Shown here in pieces: positions 1 through 8,671 of a stretch of DNA of 55,951 nucleotides. A program made the translations under genes and the position numbers. The stretch spans positions 1 through 55,951 of the forward strand of contig JBMNNS010000003.1 of NCBI GenBank assembly GCA_050942625.1, in the 5' to 3' direction. Source of the DNA: Dethiobacteria bacterium. GTDB lineage: Bacteria; Bacillota; Dethiobacteria; DTU022; UBA8154. The notes below the pieces were generated by a model. The model had not been told where the DNA came from. It saw nothing but the letters and a program-made list of their open reading frames with translations, and searched no databases. How positions within the stretch are numbered: the first letter of the stretch is position 1; each line of letters opens with the position of its first letter.

Positions 1-259
1 GAAACTGCGATCCCGTCGGGCGTTTTACTATCCTGTAAATCGTTTCCAGCCTACCTATGAGGAATTGAAACCTCACAAAAGCGGCATCTACAAGATGTTT
101 CTTTTGCGTTTCCAGCCTACCTATGAGGAATTGAAACTGCGATCCCGTCGGGCGTTTTACTATCCTGTAAATCGTTTCCAGCCTACCTATGAGGAATTGA
201 AACGCGGGTGCAACACGCTCGAACCCGGCTTTCAATTTCAAATTATAAGGAATTGATTT
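1..259 (+). CRISPR. CRISPR array, trailer end (continues left of the window)
   Basis: 30-bp repeat GTTTCCAGCCTACCTATGAGGAATTGAAAC at 42-71, 108-137 and 174-203, plus its last 5 nt at 1-5. Spacers of 36 bp at 6-41, 72-107 and 138-173. Degenerate terminal repeat remnant TATAAGGAATTGATTT at 244-259. The 3' ATTGAAAC end is typical of type I-B/III repeats. Confidence 0.95.
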
Positions 260-290
260 TTAGGTTTTTACGAAACTTTTTGCACATTAT

Positions 291-509
291 TTAAGGAAAA
301 AAATCATCAATGGTTCTACCCAGCTCTTTTTTGCGCTCGTTCATAATGGAGAAATCCTTTTTCATCTCTTTCAGTATTTCTTCATATAATTTTTTCCCAA
401 AATCCGAGTGGAATGAAGAAAAGAATTTGACCGTTTTCTTATCCCAGAGGAAATAAGCCAAAATATCCAGCAGCATATTTTTTCTCCAGGGGTCATCCAG
501 CAAATACAT
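291..509 (-). CDS. small hypothetical protein, probably accessory gene of the transposon remnant
   Basis: 72-aa ORF with SD AGGGAGG upstream of ATG, directly after the stop of the ExeA-like ORF. Confidence 0.45.
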   Translation of the reverse strand: MYLLDDPWRKNMLLDILAYFLWDKKTVKFFSSFHSDFGKKLYEEILKEMKKDFSIMNERKKELGRTIDDFFP

Positions 510-524
510 AACTTTTTCCCTCCC

Positions 525-1100
525 TTACATTCCTGTTTCCCTGGCTGCCAGACGGACCACTTCAGCATCGATCAACTCTTTTTTAGTCTGGGTACCTAAA
601 AGCAGACAGTTTATACAAAGATTATTAATAATCCTTGGCCACCCATGGGATAGCGAACTCAGAGCCTCCAGCGCTTCTTCACTAAAAATTGGATGCACAG
701 CCCCTGCGTCTTTTAGATTATGCTCAATATATTCTTTAACCTCCTCTTTTTCCAGGGGTTCCATAACGTAGCGCATAATAATACGCTGGTTTAAGGGCTG
801 TGATTGCGCGACATCAAGCCTTTGCTTAAGAGATGGCAGGCCGGATAACACCAGCACAAAAGGATTTAAAGAATCCATCATAAAATTAAAAAGCAGCCCC
901 AGATCTGTCAACATTTTTGCATTTGCCAAGTGCATCTCATCCATAATGAAAACAGGCGTAATTCTTTTATCCTTAAACAGAGAAAGCACCCTTTTCTGAA
1001 GCTGTTCAAAAAGATCAATTTTCCTAAACCGGGGCTCTTCTCCGAGGCCCAGTACCAGCCCCCGGTAAAAATCCATCACCGTTCCCGTGGAATTTGCTTA
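525..1100 (-). pseudogene. 5'-truncated ExeA/GspA-family AAA ATPase (partner type of Mu-like DDE transposases)
   Basis: Walker B FIMDEMH, LVLSGLP, LNQRI and GWPRIINNLC motifs typical of the ExeA family. Walker A is absent. The frame is open only to ~1100 (ANSTGTVMDFYRG), then hits a stop. Confidence 0.75.
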
Positions 1101-1305
1101 AATTATATCAAATTATAGGAGGGTAAAAGACAGTTACCGCAAAACTGTTCTTTTTAGAGCAGATAAAATGCTAAATAACACGGCGGCTCTGGCATATGCA
1201 AATCGTTTACTCTATTCACATACCAGTATTTGCGCTTATGCCCTTCAGGGTTATACAGGGTTGTTATGTAGGGTTGCATTAGATAAAATTATGTTGGGTG
1301 ATCTT

Positions 1306-1689
1306 ATGTCCGATCTTTATCTGCTTTTTTCCCATGAATTATTGGAGCAACAAAAAAGGGAAGCTTATGAGGACCTGGATGTTAAGGATATTTATTCTTT
1401 ACCTCCTGATATAAAGGAAATATGGTCCCAAATACCGCCGGGGGTCCCGAAGCTAGAGGAATATTTACTGCCTATTAAAAAATGGCTTGAAAAGAGGCTT
1501 AACGAAGGGGATTATATTTTAATCCAGGGAGATTTTGGTGCAACATATCTGATGGTAAGGTGGGCGTTTTCTAAAAATTGTAAGCCTATATATGCTACTA
1601 CGGAGAGGAAAGCATTAGAGGTTTATGAAAATGGAGTAGTCATAATAAAAAAAGTTTTTCAGCATGTAAGGTTCAGGTTGTATGAGTAA
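1306..1689 (+). CDS. csx20: CRISPR-associated Csx20-family protein (putative cA4 ring nuclease)
   Basis: Motifs LLFSHEL, WSQIPP, LIQGDFGATYLMV, PIYATTER and FQHVRFRLY match my recollection of the Csx20 family. ATG 1306 follows a GGGTGA SD. Lies ~1 kb from a CRISPR array. Confidence 0.8.
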   Translation: MSDLYLLFSHELLEQQKREAYEDLDVKDIYSLPPDIKEIWSQIPPGVPKLEEYLLPIKKWLEKRLNEGDYILIQGDFGATYLMVRWAFSKNCKPIYATTERKALEVYENGVVIIKKVFQHVRFRLYE

Positions 1690-1722
1690 AAAAAATATCT
1701 CGGGGGATGGCGGCTTTGGACA

Positions 1723-1772
1723 GGACAGAAAAGAAAAGAAAGAGTAAAACCCCTTCCTTTCCTTTTCTGTCC
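1723..1772. terminator. hairpin between convergent csx20 and GGDEF genes
   Basis: Inverted repeat GGACAGAAAAG / CTTTTCTGTCC. Confidence 0.45.
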
Positions 1773-1822
1773 AGCTAATGATGTTCGAAACAGGTCATGG
1801 TTTCCATTTTTTTTTTGCTGTG

Positions 1823-4227
1823 TCATATTGCCGTGTCATAAATGGAACAACCATTGCGTCCACTTTTTTTTACTTCATAAAGTGCAATATCAGCTTTGTG
1901 TAACAACTCATTATAGGTTGTTCCATGGTATGGAGCAATAGATATACCAATGCTCAAAGTGGGTTGAAGTGTTTTACTTGTATTGCTGTATAGGTAGGTT
2001 TTGCTCCAATTATCTACCAGTTTTTCTGTTCTATACAAAATGCTCCCTATTTCACGTACCGCGGTGCAAAAAATAATGAATTCGTCTCCACCAAAGCGTG
2101 ATATAATGTCGGTCGAGCGGAAGCTATTCCGTAAAGTCCAGGCAAAAGTTTTCAGCACCCGGTCTCCTGTGATATGACCATGATTATCATTAATATCCTT
2201 AAAGTGATCAAGATCGATCAGGATAAATGCAGACATAAGATCCCTTGAGGGTTTCTGTTTTAGCAGTGCAGTAACCTTTTGTTCAAGGGCTTCTCTGTTA
2301 TATAACCCTGTTAGCGAATCGATCCGTGCCTGGTGGTAAGCCTCGTCAAGCTTTTGATAGATCATAATAGAGGCGAGCAAAGCTGCAATGGCCTGTAATA
2401 CTTCTGCTTCATTTTCGTTAATTCGAGGTAGAAAAGGAGGTATTTCCATCATCCGCCCGGCAATAATTATGCCGGCCATTTTGTTTTCCACTATAATTGG
2501 GGTGGAAATAAAGTAGGGTAGTTTTAAAATTTTTCGGAGACCGGCTAGATAGCTTTCATCATAAGCCCCCGTTACTAACATAACCTTATTTATATCAAGC
2601 ATTTCAGCGTCAATTTTAAGCTGTAACCCCGTGAGTTTTGCTTTTTCTTCTGTTGTATAACCCTGCAAAATAGAGGGAATAAAGTAGCCATTTACGTTAG
2701 GAAGAAGAAGCACAGTTTTTTGCATATTTAGCGCAGCATTAATGGACTTTGTTATGGTTAGGAACAGATCCCCTTCTTGGTTCCCTGCGTCCCTTGAAAA
2801 CATCGATAGTTTTGCCAACAGACTGAAACCCCTGCGTTTTTGTTCGAGTTCGTTCCGTATCACAATACTCCGTGCTTTCAAAGCCAATATTTTGGCCATA
2901 TTTGATACGCAAAGTTTTTCCATCTGCTTGTATGACAACTTAGTTTGATTATTTGCAGGACCCGTTTTTATATCCCGGACCCTGTTTTGTCGAATTATCT
3001 TTTCTTTTTTGCCTACGTTCCTATTTTTAGAAAATACACAGAATACCCCGGCCCAATTAAGACTTCCCGGCCTGCCGGCAATAGTGGCAATTTCTACGCC
3101 GGTATAAAACCCTAAAAGCGGAAAACGGTTTTGCACAACGTCTTGTATTATGTAAGCATCTTCAACGTTGGTTCCTCCGTATCCGGCACAGCGTCCGGCA
3201 CAGCTAATATAGATAGAAAAGAGAGGCTCCCTGCCTTCGTTTTTTAGGCTATGAAGCAGGTTTTCAACCTTCGAACGTATGTAGTCGGGTTCCTGGGTGC
3301 AACACATGATTTGAAATTTCGTTCCGGCGACCATGTCCGGTTCAAACATAATTATTCCGCCACGTTTTTTATCAATATCCTGACAAAGCCTGATTGCAAA
3401 GTTATTTTCATCGTAATTTCCATTGGTTTCGCCATAGTTGATCCCCAGGGTTAGGAAAAAGGGATATTCCTCCGGTGTGATCGAAGAGGACAAAAGTTCA
3501 TCTATAAAAGAAATGGCCGGCTTACCTTCTATTTCCAGAATCGTTGGGCCGTCTGCTTTCGTAACCATGTAGTATGGTGAAACGGGGTGGCAGCCATGCA
3601 GAATAATATTGTTAATATAGATATCGTCGGAAAAAATTAGTGCAAAAGCATGATTGTCATCCATCTTATTGCCAAGGAATTGCTGGGTAGGGGTCCAAAT
3701 ATGATCGCCTAGCAGGCCTGCTCCCACTAAGTCAGGTAAAAAACCCAGCTGTTTTTCAACACCTTCCAAAAGATGTGTGGTCATCACCAGACGGGTTTTA
3801 TCGGGTGCTTTGTTTAAAGCATCATAAAACAGCATTACAGGAGTATTTGGTGCGACATTAATTCCTGCCAATTGTTTGCCCAGTTGTAAACCAACAGCAA
3901 ACTCATTGTTCGACAAACCCTTTTCGCTTACAACGCTGTAATTACTGCCGTCTAGCCAAATGCAGGCAACACCTACCTGATCACCGGCATAACCAAATCT
4001 GTTATTTGTAATAATCCCTGCAGCACCTCCGCCAAAAATACAGCAGGGATTACAGGTTATTTTGCAACCTCCTGGCGGAGGATTTGTTGGTTATGGCGTG
4101 CTGTGCAAAAAAGCAGAACAAGATCGCATCGATCGGTTCTGCCCGAGGCATCAAGGGCTTGCTGTGTTGCTATCCGTCCGGCAAGTACACTGTCCGGGTT
4201 GTCGCAATATCCTACTTCAACCTGCAT
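1823..4227 (-). pseudogene. FIST-GAF-GGDEF diguanylate cyclase with a single-base frameshift at ~4060-4063
   Basis: C-terminal DSLTGLYNR, DLDHFKDIND and RSTD-IISRFGGDEF. FIST_C motifs SCAGR and GFYTGVEIA. True start is ATG 4227 after AGAGGTG (MQVEVGYCDNPDS...DLVLLFCTARH), which stops at GCA AAA TAA. One extra A restores ...GGGAAGIITN..., in frame with ORF 1823..3916. Confidence 0.85.
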
Positions 4228-4565
4228 ATCTTATACACCTCTGGTTAACCAGTAATGGTAAGCATTTATTTATCACGCGGGGTTTACTTTTACACAATTA
4301 AGACTTGTCTAAATATTAACAGCTTTCTTAACGGTTTGCAACTACCTTTAATAGTTTATTTTTTTATAAGAACTCCGTCAAGAAAATTTATTACTACTTA
4401 ATTTGGTATTTAATTACTATGAGGGAGGACTGCATTAAGGGGAAACCATCCTCAAGGGTTTCCCTCAGCAGTGGTGAAGCCTGGGGATTGTCTTCGCCGG
4501 CCTAAGCCGGCAGGCGTTATTGGAGCAGTTTGCAAACTGTGGTTGTGTACTTAAGGAAGTTTTCA

Positions 4566-6338
4566 TTAAGAAGTTTGGGCCTGGGTAGGTCCTTTTTCCC
4601 GGAAGTTAATATCCACATGCCTGAATTCATTTACATCAAACAGGCCCATGTCCGTTATTTTCAGTTCCGGTATAACCGGCAGGGCCAGGAAAGAAAGGGT
4701 CATTACGGGGTCAAAATGGTTATGGACACCCATTGAATGGGCTTTGGCATTCAGTTCTGCCAGCGACTTTTGCACTTCTTTTAGGGGTTGATCGCTCATT
4801 AGGCCTGCTATGGGCAGGGCGACGTGTTTTGTAGCGCCTCCCCTGGGGTAAAGAACAACACCGCCCCCAAGGGCCTGCAGTCTCTCTACTGCACCCTGCA
4901 TAGATTCGTCGTCATCGCCGGCAACCACGATGTTGTGGGAGTCATGGGCTACAGAGGAGGCAATAGCCCCATCTTTTAAGCCCAGCCCGGCTACCAGGCC
5001 AAGCCCTATATTCCCGGTGGCTTTATGCCTTTCGATGACGGCTATTTTTAAAAGGGCCTCCCCGTCCTGGGTATAATATTTGCCGCCTTGCATATTTACC
5101 CTGCTAATGATGGTTTTTGTGAGAAAGGAATGGGGAACCAGGCCCATTATCCTGACAGGGTTATCGGCAACGTCAAGGGTAAAACTTTCCCTTGATAATT
5201 CCCTAAAATTTATTGATCCACGCATCGCCGTATCGTTTTTTGGGGTTGCGCCGTCCCTCGTGGCCGGATCGAACAATGCCGCTCCGTTTTCCGCTACAAG
5301 CCTGCCCCCTTTATATACCTGGGATACCCTGATATTTTCCAGGTCGTCCAGCACTACCAGATCAGCAAGATAGCCCGGGGCGATCCCGCCTCTCCGTTCC
5401 AGCCTGTAGCAATTGGCGACATTGATAGTAGCCATCTGGATAGCCGTAACCGGATCCAGGCCATTTTTTATAGCCAGGCGAATGTTATTGTCAATATGCC
5501 CCTCGTTTAAAATGTCTTCTGGATGGCGATCATCGGTGCAGAACATGCATCTGTTTCTGCTAATAGCATTTACTGCGGGCAGTAGGTCTACCACGTTTTT
5601 GGCTGCTGAACCCTCCCTAAGAAGGATGTACATCCCCAGCCGCAGTTTTTCGGCAGCTTCTTCCGGGGTTGCACATTCATGCTCTGTGTGCACTCCGGCC
5701 GACAGGTAAGCATTCAACTTTTTCCCGCTTAGGCCGGGGCTGTGCCCGTCGATCAGTTTATCTTTCCCCCACGCCAGGGCAATTTTGTCTACTACCTTAC
5801 TTTCCGCATCAACCGTACTTACAAAATCCATTAGTTCTCCCAGTCCCAGCACCCTGGGGTGGTCCATAAGTTTTGCCAAATCCCCGGCTTTGAGTACGCT
5901 GCCGGAGTTTTCAAAGGGAGTAGCCGGCACACAGGAGGGTAGCATCAGGTATACATCAAGGGGTAACCCCTCGGTTTCCGCCAGCATGTACTCTATGCCC
6001 GCCGTTCCCTTTACATTGGCAATTTCATGGGGGTCGGCAATCACGCCTGTGGTGCCCCGGGGAACAACGCCCCGGGCGAACTCCCCGGGGGTTACCATTG
6101 CCGATTCCAGGTGCACGTGGGCGTCGATAAAGCCCGGGCAAAGATATTTACCTTCCATGTTAAGTTCCAGCTCACCCTCGTAGGTACCTATCCCTGCAAT
6201 ATACCCATCGTGAAGAGCTACGTCTGCCTTGAAAACTTCCCCGGTAAAAACACTTACCACATTTATATTCTTAAATACCAGCCGGGCTTTTGCCCTGCCG
6301 GCCGCTACTGCAATTAACGAAGAAATTTGTTTTTCCAA
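4566..6338 (-). CDS. ade: adenine deaminase
   Basis: PGFIDAHVHLES, DPHEIANV, DGHSP, CTDDRHP and SVAHDSHN motifs; 590 aa; TTG start after AAGGAG. Confidence 0.95.
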   Translation of the reverse strand: MEKQISSLIAVAAGRAKARLVFKNINVVSVFTGEVFKADVALHDGYIAGIGTYEGELELNMEGKYLCPGFIDAHVHLESAMVTPGEFARGVVPRGTTGVIADPHEIANVKGTAGIEYMLAETEGLPLDVYLMLPSCVPATPFENSGSVLKAGDLAKLMDHPRVLGLGELMDFVSTVDAESKVVDKIALAWGKDKLIDGHSPGLSGKKLNAYLSAGVHTEHECATPEEAAEKLRLGMYILLREGSAAKNVVDLLPAVNAISRNRCMFCTDDRHPEDILNEGHIDNNIRLAIKNGLDPVTAIQMATINVANCYRLERRGGIAPGYLADLVVLDDLENIRVSQVYKGGRLVAENGAALFDPATRDGATPKNDTAMRGSINFRELSRESFTLDVADNPVRIMGLVPHSFLTKTIISRVNMQGGKYYTQDGEALLKIAVIERHKATGNIGLGLVAGLGLKDGAIASSVAHDSHNIVVAGDDDESMQGAVERLQALGGGVVLYPRGGATKHVALPIAGLMSDQPLKEVQKSLAELNAKAHSMGVHNHFDPVMTLSFLALPVIPELKITDMGLFDVNEFRHVDINFREKGPTQAQTS

Positions 6339-6356
6339 AGCCGGCTCCTTTCATTA

Positions 6357-6396
6357 AAGAGGGGTTATCGATCCTTTGTGGATGATAACCCCTCTT
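6357..6396. other. strong intergenic hairpin between permease and ade
   Basis: 13-bp perfect stem AAGAGGGGTTATC / GATAACCCCTCTT. No clear U-tract on the minus strand, so possibly a processing or stabilising element. Confidence 0.5.
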
Positions 6397-6409
6397 AATA
6401 TTTACATAT

Positions 6410-7744
6410 TTACATGAAAATAAAGCGGAGAATAAAGATTAGGGAAAGGACATACATTACAATGGATATTTCTTTTGTCCTGCCTGTTAATAGTTTTAGG
6501 AAGGTGTAGGAAAGCATCCCAAAAACAATACCTTCGGCAATGTTGTAGGCAATGGGCATCATCAAAATTGTTAGAAAGGCCGGTATTGCTTCGGTATAGT
6601 CGGAAAGGTCTATCTTCAAAATAGGTTCCATCATGAATAGCCCCACCAGGATCAAAGCAGGGGCTGTTGCCGCACTGGGGATGATCAAGAAGATGGGGGA
6701 TAAGAAAAGTGCCAGTAAGAAAAGGATCCCAGTAGTTAAAGCTGTAAGTCCTGTCCGGCCCCCTTCGGCAACGCCGGAGGCACTTTCCACGTAGGTTGTC
6801 ACGGTGCTGGTGCCGAAAAGTGCTCCCATAGTGGTGCCGATGGCATCAGTAAGGAGTACCTGGCTTGCCCGGGGGAGCCTGCCTTCCTTATCCAGCATGT
6901 CCGCCTTGGAAGCGACCCCTATTACTGTACCTACGGTGTCAAAAACGTCGACGAAAAGGAAAGTAAAAATGATAATTAGAAAGTCAAGGCTAAGAACAGT
7001 CGCCCAGTCCGTTTTTAAAGCAGCCAAAAAAGTGGGTTTCATGGATAGCGGCGCCTGTACTATACTGGTAGGGATCTCCGCAACCCCCATAAAAATCCCA
7101 ATGACTGTAGATATTAAAATTCCGATAAAAAGGGCACCTTTCACCTTTTTATAAAGCAAAACACCCATAATGATGAGGCCGATTACCGCCAGGATAGCGT
7201 TTGGGTTTGACATGTCGCCCAACTGGACGATGGCCCCGCCGGATTCAACAATGCCGGCGTTGACAAAACCGATAAAGGCAATAAACAGTCCAATACCTAC
7301 GCTTACTGCATATTTTAAATTCGTGGGGATGGAATCAATGATTGCCTCCCGCACTTTAAATAAAGACATGATAATAAAGATTATACCTTCTGCAAAAACT
7401 GCTGTTAAAGCTAATTCCCAGCTATAGCCCATCCCAATAACTACCGAATAGGCAAAGAAAGCATTAAGCCCCATCCCTGAAGCCAGGGCAAAGGGATAGT
7501 TGGCGTAAAGGGCCATGAGAATTGTGGTCAGCCCTGCTGCAAGGCAGGTTGCGGTCAGCACGGCGCCAAAGTCCATCCCAGCATCTTGAAGCGTCAGGGG
7601 ATTAACAATAATGATATAGGCCATGGTCATAAAAGTAGTGATACCGGCAATGATCTCGGTCCTGATATTTGTATTATGCTCCCTGAGTTTAAATACTTTC
7701 TCCAAAAAACCGGCACTGGGCTCTACCTGTAAATTCACATTCAC
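6410..7744 (-). CDS. NCS2/AzgA-family purine (guanine/hypoxanthine/adenine) permease, PbuG-like
   Basis: AGITTFMTMAYII, GMGLNAFF and TTYVESASGVAEGGRTGLT motifs; hydrophobic; co-oriented with ade. Confidence 0.92.
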   Translation of the reverse strand: MNVNLQVEPSAGFLEKVFKLREHNTNIRTEIIAGITTFMTMAYIIIVNPLTLQDAGMDFGAVLTATCLAAGLTTILMALYANYPFALASGMGLNAFFAYSVVIGMGYSWELALTAVFAEGIIFIIMSLFKVREAIIDSIPTNLKYAVSVGIGLFIAFIGFVNAGIVESGGAIVQLGDMSNPNAILAVIGLIIMGVLLYKKVKGALFIGILISTVIGIFMGVAEIPTSIVQAPLSMKPTFLAALKTDWATVLSLDFLIIIFTFLFVDVFDTVGTVIGVASKADMLDKEGRLPRASQVLLTDAIGTTMGALFGTSTVTTYVESASGVAEGGRTGLTALTTGILFLLALFLSPIFLIIPSAATAPALILVGLFMMEPILKIDLSDYTEAIPAFLTILMMPIAYNIAEGIVFGMLSYTFLKLLTGRTKEISIVMYVLSLIFILRFIFM

Positions 7745-8104
7745 TATCTTCTCCTCCTTAATAATGGATGATTAAAAAAGCCTCCTTTCCACATGAAGGA
7801 ACGCACATGGGCTCCTCCAGTAAATATTGTAGCATATTTGGGAAGGTTTTCACCAAGGCGGCATAAAAAATAATAAAAATATTTGTGGTACAGGCAGGTT
7901 TTTTGCCTTCCAATCGCTAATATTGTCAATATTAGTAGATACAGATCATTAATCGGGGGCCGCTTACTTGCTGCACTGCCTGCCGGCGGCTGGAAGAAAA
8001 CCTCCCGTCCGGGGGGCCAGGCAGGGCCGATTTAGGGCCAAATAATGGACAACCCAACTGTCATGGCAGGCCCTGCAGAGCGTGTTGGCATGCGGGTTCG
8101 GGTG

Positions 8105-8133
8105 TTGACATAAGAAAAATTTAGTGCTACAAT
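8105..8133 (+). promoter_or_regulatory. sigma-A promoter with extended -10
   Basis: TTGACA-17 bp-TACAAT with TGn extension. Confidence 0.7.
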
Positions 8134-8237
8134 GTAGCAGAAAATGTTTTTTTACCTATACCTGTCCCCTGTTATATATATGACATGGTGGTTTCATTTT
8201 TATTTGGAATTGGAATTGCTAAAGGGAGGGAACAAAA

Positions 8238-8459
8238 CTGAAGCTAGATCATCAGAAGATGAAGGATACCTATAGCGACAGTTGGATTTCCGGGGAAATG
8301 GTGACAGGTACAGTCTCAGCCTCAGGTAAAGCTTTTAAAATAAACTGTTATGCTGAAAACCATGTTCTGAATTTGGATTGTAAAACAAAAGCTACGGGAG
8401 CCAACACGGCACTCTTTTCGTTCATAACAAATCCCGCTATGCAAATGTTTCGTACATAG
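8238..8459 (+). CDS. small hypothetical protein (73 aa from CTG, or 66 aa from ATG 8259)
   Basis: SD AGGGAGG (8223-8229) is 8 nt before an in-frame CTG. Promoter upstream and terminator-like hairpin downstream. Confidence 0.4.
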   Translation: MKLDHQKMKDTYSDSWISGEMVTGTVSASGKAFKINCYAENHVLNLDCKTKATGANTALFSFITNPAMQMFRT

Positions 8460-8469
8460 CGGATATTAT

Positions 8470-8506
8470 TATCCGTATTCACTTGAGTACGGATATTTGT
8501 TTTTTT
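8470..8506 (+). terminator. intrinsic terminator-like hairpin upstream of rnfC
   Basis: TATCCGTATTCA / TGAGTACGGATA stem followed by TTTGTTTTTTT. Confidence 0.55.
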
Positions 8507-8671
8507 ATATATAGAAAACAGGAAGGGGGGTGAATGGGCCAAGCTCTTAGCCCGGGGTCGGGACAGTAGGCAAATCAAAACAGGTTATCCAGGCCCTTAA
8601 AAATTTTGCCATAATCCAAATAGATTAGTGGCAGCTCATTTTTTTAGTATTAACTTCAGGAGGTGATTTAA

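Noticed and set aside
65-256. 63-aa ORF with repeated RFQPTYEELK
   Set aside because: It is a translation of the CRISPR repeats, not a gene.
525-1689. Active CRISPR-associated transposon (CAST)
   Set aside because: The ATPase lacks Walker A, and no transposase, TniQ or Cas effector is in the window.
4438-4512. Hairpins GGGAAACC..GGTTTCCC and GCCGGC-CTAA-GCCGGC as an ncRNA
   Set aside because: No recognisable family features. More simply explained as 3' structures of ade or a small dispersed palindrome.
8380-8425. c-di-GMP-I riboswitch or sigma-54 promoter upstream of rnfC
   Set aside because: Only partial resemblance: the GEMM stems are absent and the -12 GC is missing.
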